This document shows, piece by piece, positions 43,054-52,745 of a DNA stretch of 64,000 nt (its first letter is position 1; the number at the start of each line of letters is the position of its first letter). This stretch comes from Thermoplasmata archaeon (GTDB taxonomy: Archaea > Thermoplasmatota > E2 > JACPAO01 > JAHFTW01). Both the position numbers and the translations under genes were made by a program. The stretch lies in NCBI GenBank assembly GCA_034667725.1, contig JAXDQS010000010.1:352001-416000 (forward strand), in the 5' to 3' direction. The notes under the pieces were generated by a model that saw only the letters and a list, made by a program, of their open reading frames with translations, did no database searches and had not been told where the DNA came from.

Positions 43054-44973
43054 TCACTTGAACCGGATGGTCTCCGCGTTCTGCATCGCCCTGGCCTCGA
43101 TGCCGAACTTGGCCGTGATCGACTCCGCCAGGTCGATGCACTTCGACGCCTCGCCGTGGCCGGTGAGCACCAGCTTCGGCATGGGCTCCATGTTCTGGAT
43201 GAAGTTCATGAGCTGGCGGCGGTCGCAGTGGCCGCTGAAGCCGTCGATGGTCTCGACCGCCAGTTCGACGCGGACGTTGGTGGTGCCGCCCTTCTCCTGG
43301 AGCGGCATCTCGCGGTAGCCGCGCTGGAGCTTGCGGCCGAGGCTGCCCTCCGCGTTGAAGCCGACGAAGCAGAGCACGTTGCGCGCGTCGTCCGCCCAGT
43401 GCTTCATGTACTCCAGCACGGGGCCGCCGGTCATCATGCCGGAGGTCGCAAGCACGATGCAGGGGTCGGGGTCGCCGCAGATCCGCTGCCGCATCTCGTG
43501 GGAGTCGACGCGCTTAAACATCGGCGCCAGCAGCGGGTTGTCGTTCTGCTGGAAGATGCGCTTCTTGAGCTCCTCGTTGAGGTACTCGGGGTAGCAAGTA
43601 TGGAGCGCGGTGGCTTCCCAGATCATGCCGTCGAGGTAGACCGGCTGCTTGGGGATGGCGCCGGTGCGCATCAGCTCCTCCAGCACCAACATGACCTCTT
43701 GGCTGCGGCCGACGGCGAACACCGGGAAGATGGCCTTGCCCTTCCGCTCCGCGCAGGCTTGGAGGACCTTCTTGGTCTGCTCGGCGGCCTCGACGCGGGC
43801 GGGCTGGAGGTTGTCCTTGCCGCCGTAGGTGGACTCCACGATGACGGCGTCGAGGCGGGGAAACTTGTTGTGCGCCGGGTTGAACAGCCAGCTGCGCTCG
43901 TACTTGATGTCGCCCGAGAACGCCACGTTGTAGAGCCCGTCGCCGACGTGGAAGTGGCACACCGACGAACCCAGGATGTGGCCCGCGTCGTGGAAGGTGA
44001 GGCGGATATCGGGGCTGATGTCCGTGGTCTCGCCCCAGTCCACCGCGATGGTGTTCCGCAGCGCCGCCCGCACGTGCTCGGCGTCGAACGGCTTCGGCTT
44101 GCCCTGCGCCTCCGCCACCCGGATGTAGTCCATCGTGAGAAGCGCCATGATGTCGCGTGTCGGCGGCGTGCAGTAGACCGGGCCATCGTAGCCGTACTTG
44201 AACAGCAGCGGGACCAGGCCGCAATGGTCGAGGTGGCCGTGGGTCAGCACTACCGCGTCGAGGCTCGTGAACGGCTGCACCTCGCCCAGGTGGAACATCG
44301 GGGTCGCCGGGTCGTTCTCCTCGAACTTGACGCCACAGTCGACGAGGACCTTCGAGTCCTGCGTCTGCAGCATCGAGCAGGAGCGGCCGACCTCGCGCCA
44401 CGCCCCCAGCGCCGTCATGCGGACCCAGCGCTCGGCCTCGGGGGGCGCGGCGCTGCGGTGCATCCGCCGGCCGACGCGGCGCAGGAACTTGCGGCGCTCG
44501 TCCGCGACCGTGCGCAGGTACTCGCGCACCTCGCGCACGGTGCGGCTCGGGATGGGCGGCGTCCGCACCACCTTCGGGTTCCAGCCGACCTCGGCGCGGA
44601 TGCGGTTCAAGGTCGAGCCCTGCGCGCCGATGGCGACCCCCGGCCGCTGCGCCTCGATGGTGACCTCGCCGATGGCGGCGGCCCAGGAGAGGTCCGTGAC
44701 GCCCGCGTTCTCCGGCACGATGGCCTTGATGCGCTGCGCCGCCTCCTCCGGCGGCATCAGGACGGACGGGTCCGGCCGGACGGCGACGCGCTTCTGGAGC
44801 CCGCGGGCCAGCTTGCGGATGAGCTCGCCGTCGGCCGCGAACGCCTGCGGCGTCTTGGTGTAGAGGACCAGCTCGTGCGCCTCGAAGTCCAGATCGGTGA
44901 CGTCGACGCCGCGCGGCAGGATCCGGTCCGCCTGAGCGCGCATCTCCCGCAGGAGGTCTTCGACGTTGGCCAT
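43054..44973 (-). CDS. beta-CASP ribonuclease aCPSF1/FttA (KH + MBL + beta-CASP)
   Basis: RPGVAIG KH motif, EVGRSC, THGHLDHCG, AGHILGSS, FAVGRSQE, FSGHCDR. Confidence 0.96.
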   Translation of the reverse strand: MANVEDLLREMRAQADRILPRGVDVTDLDFEAHELVLYTKTPQAFAADGELIRKLARGLQKRVAVRPDPSVLMPPEEAAQRIKAIVPENAGVTDLSWAAAIGEVTIEAQRPGVAIGAQGSTLNRIRAEVGWNPKVVRTPPIPSRTVREVREYLRTVADERRKFLRRVGRRMHRSAAPPEAERWVRMTALGAWREVGRSCSMLQTQDSKVLVDCGVKFEENDPATPMFHLGEVQPFTSLDAVVLTHGHLDHCGLVPLLFKYGYDGPVYCTPPTRDIMALLTMDYIRVAEAQGKPKPFDAEHVRAALRNTIAVDWGETTDISPDIRLTFHDAGHILGSSVCHFHVGDGLYNVAFSGDIKYERSWLFNPAHNKFPRLDAVIVESTYGGKDNLQPARVEAAEQTKKVLQACAERKGKAIFPVFAVGRSQEVMLVLEELMRTGAIPKQPVYLDGMIWEATALHTCYPEYLNEELKKRIFQQNDNPLLAPMFKRVDSHEMRQRICGDPDPCIVLATSGMMTGGPVLEYMKHWADDARNVLCFVGFNAEGSLGRKLQRGYREMPLQEKGGTTNVRVELAVETIDGFSGHCDRRQLMNFIQNMEPMPKLVLTGHGEASKCIDLAESITAKFGIEARAMQNAETIRFK

Positions 44974-45034
44974 GGGACACCGAGAAAGAACTGGGGAGAA
45001 GGGAGGGGAAGGGAGGAAGAGGACGGAGCGCGGG

Positions 45035-45787
45035 TCAGTCGTTCCAGCTCGCCGGCAGCTTGAGCGCCTTGTGCCGCTTCAGCACTTCCTCGTCCGTCAG
45101 CCGGCGGAAGCCGTTGCCGTCGATGATGGCGATGTCCATGCCGTTGCCGGAGGCGGAGTCGCGGCGCATGCTGGCGTTCAACGCACGGATGGCGAGGTCG
45201 ACCCCTTCCTTGACGGACAGGTCGTTGCCGATGCGGTCCTCCAGCACGCCGAACGCATACGGGGAGCCGGAGCCGGTGACGGTCCAGTTCTCCTGGATGG
45301 CGCCGCCGGCGGCGTCCACCGAGTAGATGCTGCCGCCCTTGTCGTCGTAGCCGCCGACGATGAGCTGCACCCAGTAGGGCGCGAAGCGGGAGGCGTTGAG
45401 GATGTTGCCAAGCAGCGTGGAGGCGCCGCGCACGGGCATGGGGGCGTCGCGCTTGAAGCGGTAGAGCTGCGCCTGGGCCTGGAGGTGGCGGGCGATCATC
45501 TGGGCGTCGCCGACCAGGCCGGCCGTGGTGAGGGCCAGGTGGCGGTCGACGGGGAACAGCTTCTGGGTGTGCTTGTGGCCGATGAGGTGGCCCATGGTGG
45601 CGCGGCGCTCGGTGGCCATGACGACGCCGTCGGGGCCGGCGATGGCGAGCGTGGTGGTGCCGGTCTTGGCGGCGGGGGCGCCGGAGGGGCCTTGGGCGGG
45701 CAGGGTCGGCAGGGGCAGGCGGGCCTCGTGCGCAGGGGCAAGGCCGTGGGACAGGTCGGAACCAAAGGTGAAGTCGGAGCGCGCCAT
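45035..45787 (-). CDS. psmB: Proteasome subunit beta with propeptide
   Basis: KTG/TTT processing site, ERRATMG, AGLVGDAQ, TGSGSPYA.GVLE, RDSASG. Confidence 0.96.
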   Translation of the reverse strand: MARSDFTFGSDLSHGLAPAHEARLPLPTLPAQGPSGAPAAKTGTTTLAIAGPDGVVMATERRATMGHLIGHKHTQKLFPVDRHLALTTAGLVGDAQMIARHLQAQAQLYRFKRDAPMPVRGASTLLGNILNASRFAPYWVQLIVGGYDDKGGSIYSVDAAGGAIQENWTVTGSGSPYAFGVLEDRIGNDLSVKEGVDLAIRALNASMRRDSASGNGMDIAIIDGNGFRRLTDEEVLKRHKALKLPASWND

Positions 45788-45893
45788 GAGAAAGGCTCCC
45801 CGCGGGCCGCGGGCGCCGTTGCATGGACCTGCGGGTTATGAACGCTGGGAGCCGACGCGCAAGCCTCAAGCCCGCCCGGGAGTCGCCGCCGCC

Positions 45894-46697
45894 GTGCAGG
45901 TCGTCGCCATCCTGGTCGGGCCGCAGCATCCCGGCAACGTGGGGGCGGCGGCGCGGGCGGCGGCCAACTTCGGGGTGGCGGACCTGCGCTTCGTGGCGCC
46001 CGAGTGCGACGTGCGGGCCAAGGAGGCCTACGACCGGGCCATCCACGCCAAGGATTTGCTCGACAACGCGCGGACGTTCCCCGACCTCAAGTCGGCGCTG
46101 GAGGGCGTGTCGTTGTCGATCGGCACGACGGCCCGCAAGGCGCTGGCGGCCAACCACTTCCTCCGCAAGCCGTCAGACATCCGCGACGCGATGGCGGAGC
46201 TGGCCGGCTGGGACGGCACGCTGGCCTGGGTGTTCGGGCGCGAGGACGCGGGGCTGACCGGGCCGGAGGTGGACCTGCTGGATCAACTCGTCACCATCCC
46301 CACCTCCGAGTATTGGAGCCTCAACCTCAGCCACGCCGTCGGGATCTGCTGCTACGAGTCGTTCCGCCTCCAGTCCCAGAGCATCACGCCCGAGCGCACG
46401 CTGGCCCCCGGCGCGCTCGTGGCGATGAACGAGGCCTGGGACGCCATCGTCCATGAGGCGGAGGACCGTGAGTGGCGCAAGCGGGTCGCGTCGGGCGTGT
46501 GGCGCAAGGTCGTCGGCCGCAGCCGCCCCGACACCTTCGAGGTGCACAACATCATGGGCATCCTCGCCAACACCCTCAAGCGGTTCGGGCACCCGGACTA
46601 CAAGTCGGCGGCCAGCGACCTCCGGCTCGGCCAGGAGGGCAAGCTCATCGCGGGCAAGGCGGCACGAGGGCAAGGAAAAGGCGGGGAAGAGGAGTAG
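45894..46697 (+). CDS. SPOUT RNA methyltransferase, TrmJ family
   Basis: PQHPGNVGAAARAAANFG, GTTAR, VFGREDAGL, SLNLSHAV. Confidence 0.9.
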   Translation: MQVVAILVGPQHPGNVGAAARAAANFGVADLRFVAPECDVRAKEAYDRAIHAKDLLDNARTFPDLKSALEGVSLSIGTTARKALAANHFLRKPSDIRDAMAELAGWDGTLAWVFGREDAGLTGPEVDLLDQLVTIPTSEYWSLNLSHAVGICCYESFRLQSQSITPERTLAPGALVAMNEAWDAIVHEAEDREWRKRVASGVWRKVVGRSRPDTFEVHNIMGILANTLKRFGHPDYKSAASDLRLGQEGKLIAGKAARGQGKGGEEE

Positions 46698-46716
46698 GGA
46701 AGCGCGGTCCGGCGCC

Positions 46717-48126
46717 TCAATACTGGGCGCTCCACCCCATGTGCGTGAAGGCCGTCGGCGTGGCCGAGCCCGTCGAGGTGATGCGCAGGTCCAGCAGGTC
46801 GCCCGCGACGATCGGGACCGTGTGCGTCACGTCGTTGCACGCCGTGGCGGTGCCCGTCACCGTGCACAGGATGCCGGTGTTCGCGCCGTTCTTCCGGAGC
46901 TCGGCCGTCCAGGTGCGGCTGCTGCCGGTGCCCGGGGCGACGTCGAGCTTCACGAACAGGTTCTTCAGCGTGCCCGACGACGGCGCCGGCATCTGCTGCA
47001 GGCTCTCGGTCGTGGAGGAGCCGCCGACGAACGGCTGGTAGAAGTTGTCGCTCCCGGCCGTGTTGGGGACCGAGGCCCCGTTGCTGCCGCCGATGGTGGT
47101 GGCGCCCGTCGCGCCCGTGGAGCCTTGCGGACCGGTGGCGCCCGTGGGGCCTTGCGGCCCCGTGGCGCCGGTGGTCCCTTGCGGCCCGGCGGGCCCGGTG
47201 GCGCCCTGGGGGCCGGTGGGGCCGGTGGCGCCTTGCGGCCCGGTGGCTCCCGTCGGGCCCTGCGGGCCTTGCAGGCCCATGGGCCCCTCGGGACCTTGGG
47301 GGCCCTGCGGGCCCATGGGACCTTCAGGACCCATGGTGCCGGTGGGCCCTTGCGGGCCGGTGGCGCCGGTGGGGCCCTGCGGCCCGGTCGGGCCTTCGGG
47401 TCCGGTGGGGCCGGCGGGGCCCATGGGGCCGGTCGGGCCCTGGGCGCCTGGGGCGCCCGTGGGGCCTTCCGGGCCGGTGGCGCCCGCGGGGCCTGCGGCG
47501 CCCGTCGGGCCCGTGGCGCCGGCCGAGCCCGTGGGGCCGGGGGGGCCGTTGCAGACGTAGGAGGTCGAGGTGACCTCGCCAGGCTCCAGCACCCCGTTGC
47601 CCGCGGTGCCGCTCGGCGTCCCGTCGTCCAGGCCGGAATCGACCCGGACCCCGCCGTGGGCGCAGTTGGCGCCGGGCGGCTCGGAGGTCACCGCCACGAG
47701 CGCCGTCGCCCCGCCGGAGGGCGGGGGCGGCGGAGGCGGCGGGGGCGCGGCGCACTGCTCCGTGCCCTGCGGGAAGGCGAACCAGCAGCTCTCGAAGTTG
47801 CTGGGGCCGCCGGGGAACGAGGCGCGGAAGCGGACCTGGTGGCCGGGCTCGAGGTGGTAGCTGCCGCCCCACCAGGTGTGGTCGCTGGTCCAGGACTGGG
47901 AGGTGAGCGTGACCCAGTCGCCGCCGGTGTCCATCGACTGCACGGAGGAGGCCAGCGCCCCGGCGGAGCCGCCCAGGCGCACCTGGACCCACCACTCGTT
48001 GCCGGAGACCTGCGTGAACGCCACGGTGCGCCCGTCGGGCATGGTCTGCGTGTGGTTGCTGGTTGAAGAAGGAACGAAGAGGGCTCCCAACAACAGGAGC
48101 GCGACGGCAAGCGTGGCACGTTGCAT
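46717..48126 (-). CDS. Secreted collagen-like protein
   Basis: Signal peptide, Trp-rich N-domain, poly-Pro, EPPGANC..GG..NGVLE..YVCNG module, about 50 Gly-X-Y triplets, globular C-domain. Confidence 0.88.
   Translation of the reverse strand: MQRATLAVALLLLGALFVPSSTSNHTQTMPDGRTVAFTQVSGNEWWVQVRLGGSAGALASSVQSMDTGGDWVTLTSQSWTSDHTWWGGSYHLEPGHQVRFRASFPGGPSNFESCWFAFPQGTEQCAAPPPPPPPPPSGGATALVAVTSEPPGANCAHGGVRVDSGLDDGTPSGTAGNGVLEPGEVTSTSYVCNGPPGPTGSAGATGPTGAAGPAGATGPEGPTGAPGAQGPTGPMGPAGPTGPEGPTGPQGPTGATGPQGPTGTMGPEGPMGPQGPQGPEGPMGLQGPQGPTGATGPQGATGPTGPQGATGPAGPQGTTGATGPQGPTGATGPQGSTGATGATTIGGSNGASVPNTAGSDNFYQPFVGGSSTTESLQQMPAPSSGTLKNLFVKLDVAPGTGSSRTWTAELRKNGANTGILCTVTGTATACNDVTHTVPIVAGDLLDLRITSTGSATPTAFTHMGWSAQY
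47098..47547 (-). repeat. Coding Gly-X-Y repeat (GPT/GAT/GPQ), about 50 triplets
   Basis: 9-bp periodicity with uninterrupted Gly every third residue. Confidence 0.9.
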
Positions 48127-48254
48127 AGCCTCCAGTCTCGGGCAGGACGGCATAGCCGTTCAGGGACACCCAGCCTTGAGGCACACGCACAGGTTCACGC
48201 GTGCAAAAAAACCGCATCGTGCAGCTTAGGACGCGCGCCCCGCCTTCGCCGCCC

Positions 48255-48863
48255 GTGGTCTCCTGGCTTCCGCACGCCGTCGTGCCCGGCCTGTTCGCGC
48301 TGGCGTTCTTCCGCCGCCTCCCGCGCCCGTGGGTGCTGGCGCTGCTGCCGGTCGTGTGGGTGCAGGACATGGACTACTTCGTGGGCGGCACCCACCGCGC
48401 CTTGACGCACAACGTCTGGATCCCGCTCGCCTTCCTGCTGGGCGCCGTGTGGCTGTGGCGCCAGAAGGACCCCGCCGCCCCGTTCCTGGCGTTCGCGTCG
48501 AAGCCCGGCTGGGCGCTGGCCCTGCTGCTGTGCGGCTACTACACCGCCTCGCACGTGTTCCTCGACGTGTTCGCCGGCGGCGTCGTGCTGTTCTGGCCGC
48601 TCTCGGACCTCAACTTCTACTGGCACTACGAGATCGTCCTCGACCTGCGCTCCGGCGACCTGACGCCCGTGCAGGAGGTCGGCACCGAGCAGGGCGTCCC
48701 GGAGGTCAGCGACCACTACACCTGGTTCTCCACCGAGCACGCGGCCCTCGCCGCGTTCCTGCTGGCCTGCGCCCTCGTGGGCCTCGCCGCCTGGCTGTGG
48801 CGCCGGCGCCGCCCGGTCGCGGCGTCCATCCACAAAGGGCAAGAGCCGCCCCCGGGTCGCTGA
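48255..48863 (+). CDS. Membrane-bound metal-dependent hydrolase (YdjM-like)
   Basis: H...DMD...HRALTHN...SHVFLD...GGVVLFWP. Confidence 0.85.
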   Translation: MVSWLPHAVVPGLFALAFFRRLPRPWVLALLPVVWVQDMDYFVGGTHRALTHNVWIPLAFLLGAVWLWRQKDPAAPFLAFASKPGWALALLLCGYYTASHVFLDVFAGGVVLFWPLSDLNFYWHYEIVLDLRSGDLTPVQEVGTEQGVPEVSDHYTWFSTEHAALAAFLLACALVGLAAWLWRRRRPVAASIHKGQEPPPGR

Positions 48864-48867
48864 CGCG

Positions 48868-49992
48868 ATGCGTCCCCTCGTGGCCCCGCTCGTGCTGCTG
48901 GCGCTGCTCTTGGCCGGCTGCGGCGGGGCCTCCGACGACGGCTCCGGCGACCGCGACGGCGACGGCCTCTCGGACGCAGGCGAGGCCGCCGGCTGGCGCA
49001 TCACCATCGACCTGGCCACCGGCCGCGTCGGGCGCGTGGTCACGAGCGACCCGGACGCCTTCGACACCGACGCCGACGGGCTCGCGGACTACTTCGAGGC
49101 CGCCCTCGGCCGCGACCCGCGCAGCCCCGACACCGACGAGGACGGCCTCACCGACTGCGAGGAGGACCGCCACGCCGTCCGCGCCGAATGCGAGGACCCC
49201 GCGTTCGCGGGCCCGTTCGACGGCGGGCTGCCCACCGACGGCTCGCGCGCCGACTCCGACCCCGGCCAGGGCCGCTACGTCAACCTGGTGCGCGGCCACC
49301 CCGACGCCACCGGCACGCTGGACGGCCCGCTGCCCTACGGCGACGGCGTCCCCGACGCCCTGGAGATGCGCGGCTACTCCGTCCGCCTGTGGGACGGCCG
49401 GGTCCGCGAGGTCCGCACCGACCCGATGGCCCGCGACTCCGACGGCGACGGCCTGGAGGACGGCGAGGAGGCCTACCAGTTCCAGAGCGACCCCACCGTG
49501 GCCGACAGCGACGGCGACGGCTGCGCCGACGGCCTCGACCTGTTCCCGGAGGCCGACGTGCGCCTCCAGCCCCGCCTCGGCAACCTGACCTGGACCGCCA
49601 ACACCCCCGCCCGCCTGGCCGTCCGCGTCGTGGTGGACGGCGTCCCCGGCGAGGCCGCCGGCGAGGTCGCCGTCCAGCCCGGCCAGACCGTGGACCTGTC
49701 CACCCTGGCGTTCCCGGCCCGCGCCGCCGGCTGCTCCCACCTGCCCTGGCAGGGCTGGGTCGGCGCCACCGCCCAGCTGGTGTGGAAGGACCACCCCGAC
49801 GGCGCCCGCCTGCTCACCGGCGGCCCCGCCGCCGCCAGCCCCCGCGACGGCCGGGTCGCCGCCGACATCGTGGGCGCCGAGGCCCAGGCCGGCCCCGCCC
49901 GCGCCGAGCGGGCGGAGGCCGCCTGGACGTGGCAGGTCCTGCCCGTGCTTCCGGACGGGCGCCCATTCCTGGGCGGGATTCAAGGCGCGTAA
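48868..49992 (+). CDS. Lipoprotein with DxDxDG calcium-binding repeats
   Basis: LLLAG-C lipobox; DRDGDGLSD, DTDADGL, DTDEDGL, DSDGDGL, DSDGDG. Confidence 0.8.
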   Translation: MRPLVAPLVLLALLLAGCGGASDDGSGDRDGDGLSDAGEAAGWRITIDLATGRVGRVVTSDPDAFDTDADGLADYFEAALGRDPRSPDTDEDGLTDCEEDRHAVRAECEDPAFAGPFDGGLPTDGSRADSDPGQGRYVNLVRGHPDATGTLDGPLPYGDGVPDALEMRGYSVRLWDGRVREVRTDPMARDSDGDGLEDGEEAYQFQSDPTVADSDGDGCADGLDLFPEADVRLQPRLGNLTWTANTPARLAVRVVVDGVPGEAAGEVAVQPGQTVDLSTLAFPARAAGCSHLPWQGWVGATAQLVWKDHPDGARLLTGGPAAASPRDGRVAADIVGAEAQAGPARAERAEAAWTWQVLPVLPDGRPFLGGIQGA

Positions 49993-50085
49993 CCAGAACC
50001 CTTAATATTCAGGGAAAGTGTCGTTGGGTCAACCCGAAGCCCCGGGGAACGGGTTTGGTCCCGAAATCCGGAGTCTGGTGCCCCC

Positions 50086-51051
50086 ATGAACAACAACGCC
50101 TCCCGCATCCTCGCCTTGGCCCTCGCCACGGCGGTGGCCGCCATCCTCGTGGCGCCCGCCGGCACGGCCCAAGCCGACGTCGAGCCCCAGCTCAACCTCC
50201 AGAAGGTCACGCCCGCCAAGGCCGGCCCCCTCATCCCGAACGTCGACACCGTCAAGTTCACCGTCAGCGGCACCTTCACCTACCAGCAGACCGGCTCCTT
50301 CGTGGGCGGCCCCCTGGTCCCGTCGGTGCTGATGCAGTACACCCAGCCGACCTGCCCCTCCGCCCCTGGCATCACCATCACCGGCGCGCTGGCCACGGCC
50401 ATCGACGTCAGCGGCGCCACCCCGCAGAAGACCAGCTTCCCCTTCGACTCGGAGTTCACCGTGTCCGCCTCGCAGCTGGCCCCCGGCGAGACCGACATCC
50501 TGTGCACCTGGAAGGGCAAGGTCCTCGCCAACGGCCTGCCCGGCTTCACCGAGACCCCGGAGCAGTCGATCTCGACCACCATCAAGGTCCGCTTCCTCGG
50601 CCTGCTGTCCGCCAGCGTCCCCGCCACCATCCAGGAGGGCGGCCCCCAGAAGGAGATCACCTACGAGCTCCAGCTGACCAACCTGGGCAACTCGCTCACC
50701 AACGTCAACTTCGACCTCGCCAACGCCGAGACCGTGCCCGAGGGCTGGTCGCCGGTGCCCCCGACGCCCATCATCATGCAGTCGAAGCAGCAGGGCGGCA
50801 CGGAGTTCACCGCGAAGGTGCCCTTCACCATCCAGACCCCGCACAGCAACGGCTGGAACAACGACGAGACCACCTTCCAGCTGAAGATCACGCCCAGCTC
50901 GGTCAACAACCCGGAAGACAAGGGCAACACCATCGCGGTCAACGTCCTGGCCCGCGTCCGCGGCATCTACGTCCCCGGCCCCGAGCCCTTCCTCCTGGTG
51001 GCCGCCGTCCTCGGCGCCGCCCTGGTCGCCCGCCTCGCCCGCAAGGACTGA
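50086..51051 (+). CDS. Cell-surface Ig-like protein with PGF-CTERM-like tail
   Basis: Signal peptide, TNLGN and EGW Ig motifs, VPGPE-hydrophobic-RK terminus. Confidence 0.8.
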   Translation: MNNNASRILALALATAVAAILVAPAGTAQADVEPQLNLQKVTPAKAGPLIPNVDTVKFTVSGTFTYQQTGSFVGGPLVPSVLMQYTQPTCPSAPGITITGALATAIDVSGATPQKTSFPFDSEFTVSASQLAPGETDILCTWKGKVLANGLPGFTETPEQSISTTIKVRFLGLLSASVPATIQEGGPQKEITYELQLTNLGNSLTNVNFDLANAETVPEGWSPVPPTPIIMQSKQQGGTEFTAKVPFTIQTPHSNGWNNDETTFQLKITPSSVNNPEDKGNTIAVNVLARVRGIYVPGPEPFLLVAAVLGAALVARLARKD

Positions 51052-51066
51052 GCCGGTCGATCGGCG

Positions 51067-52725
51067 ATGCTCCCCCGCCTTCTCCCCTTCCTCTCCCTCG
51101 CCCTGCTTTTGTCTCCCGCCTTGGCCGTGCCCGCCGAGGCGCAGTCCGAGTTCCTCTACAAGTTCTCGATGGACCTGCCCTCCGAGCGGGCCGTGCTGCG
51201 CGCCCTCGGCCAGGCCCACGAGGTGAACATCACCTTCCACGACCGGTCCACGGACAACACCAACATCGTCCCCGGCCAGCCGAGCGCCATCACCACCAAC
51301 CGCCACATCACGACCTTCGAGATCACCTCAGGGCAGGAGGACGACGCCGGCTGGATCATCGCGGCCCAGCCCGGCTCCCTCACCACGCGGGGCGGCGACA
51401 CCAAGACCACCACCTTCCAGGTGTCGGTGCTGCCGGACGCCGAGAACCCGTACTTCACGGCCGTCGTGACGGCGCGCATCCAGACCTCCGCCGGCGTGTT
51501 CAACGCCACCGGCACCGTCCAGTTCTTCACCACCGGCATCCCCGGCTTCAACGTCCCGTACGGCAACAACATCCAGAGCCTGGGGCCGCGCGAGTCCGCC
51601 CAGGCAAGCCTGCGCGTGACCAACTTCGGCTCGCTGCCGCGCACCTTCGCCTTCGCGCTGGGCCAGAACGAGTGCGGCCTCAAGGTCGCGCCCCCCGTCG
51701 GCCTCACCATCCCCGGCTCCACCACCGTGGACGTGCCGTTCACCGTCCTCGGCCCGGACACCCGCTTCGACCCGCTCGGCATGGACACCCGGCTGTGCCG
51801 CATCGGCATCGACACCTACGCCGTCGACAACCCCGGCCAGGTCCGCAGCATGACGGTCTCGGCCAAGCTCGCCCCCGGCATCGCCATCGACCCGGTGCTG
51901 GTCTTCTGGCTCGTCGCCATCGCCGCGGCCATCCTGCTGCTGGTCCTGCTGCTGCGGCGCCGCAAGGAGAAGATCGAGGAGGAGATCCTCGGCAAGCCGC
52001 AGAAGCCCTGGACCATCCCGGTCGAGCAGGTGTACCTGCGCGAGCTCAAGGCCCGCGACCCCCGCGCCTGGTACGTCGTGCGCCACTTCCTCATGGAGGA
52101 CGAATACCGCAGCGCCCTCCTCTGGTACCGGGCCTACAAGAAAGGCACCAAGGGCGCCCGCCGCAAGGAAGCCCTCATCCTGCGCCAGGAGCACGCCTAC
52201 GACAAGTGGAAGGCCAAGTGGGCCAAGCGCATCGCCAAGCCCCTCACGGAGGCAGACCGGTTCGAGGCCAAGCTGCAACGCAAGCTCGACCGCCGCGCCC
52301 GCAAAGGCCACCGCAAGGCCCTCCGGGCCCACAAGAAGCAGGTCGCCAAGCTGCAGGCCAAGCAGGCCAAGGCCGTCGCCGCCGCCAAGGAGGCGCACGC
52401 CAAGGCCGTCGCGAAGGCCCAACGCAAGGACCGCCCCATCCCCGCCGCCCCCGACCTGCCCGTCCTGGCCCTGCCGCCGAAGCCCGAGCCACGCCCCGTC
52501 CGGCTGGCCGAGCACCGCTGGGCGAAGAAGGCCGCCCGGTTCCGGCGCCGCCGCGTCCGCGAGCAAGGCAACCTCGAGGTCAAGTTCGAGCGCCGGGACG
52601 CCCGCTACCTTGCCAAGCTGGCCCGCAAAGTGCGCCGCATCGCCCGCAAGCTCGACGACCCAGACTTCGTGGCGCAACACCCGCTATTGCGGGACGGGCC
52701 GGCGCAAGCCCGCAAGCACGCCTAG
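51067..52725 (+). CDS. Single-pass membrane protein: extracellular Ig-like domains and long Lys/Arg-rich cytoplasmic tail
   Basis: Signal peptide, TM VLVFWLVAIAAAILLLVLLL, basic helical C-terminus. Confidence 0.8.
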   Translation: MLPRLLPFLSLALLLSPALAVPAEAQSEFLYKFSMDLPSERAVLRALGQAHEVNITFHDRSTDNTNIVPGQPSAITTNRHITTFEITSGQEDDAGWIIAAQPGSLTTRGGDTKTTTFQVSVLPDAENPYFTAVVTARIQTSAGVFNATGTVQFFTTGIPGFNVPYGNNIQSLGPRESAQASLRVTNFGSLPRTFAFALGQNECGLKVAPPVGLTIPGSTTVDVPFTVLGPDTRFDPLGMDTRLCRIGIDTYAVDNPGQVRSMTVSAKLAPGIAIDPVLVFWLVAIAAAILLLVLLLRRRKEKIEEEILGKPQKPWTIPVEQVYLRELKARDPRAWYVVRHFLMEDEYRSALLWYRAYKKGTKGARRKEALILRQEHAYDKWKAKWAKRIAKPLTEADRFEAKLQRKLDRRARKGHRKALRAHKKQVAKLQAKQAKAVAAAKEAHAKAVAKAQRKDRPIPAAPDLPVLALPPKPEPRPVRLAEHRWAKKAARFRRRRVREQGNLEVKFERRDARYLAKLARKVRRIARKLDDPDFVAQHPLLRDGPAQARKHA

Positions 52726-52745
52726 CCGCGAACGTCCGCCGAGCG

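Noticed and set aside
42945-43077. Diversity-generating retroelement TR/VR pair
   Set aside because: Only 24 nt long, mismatches on the coding strand are not at adenines, and no reverse transcriptase is present.
47045-47560. Plus-strand PVGP-repeat ORF
   Set aside because: Antisense of the collagen repeat.
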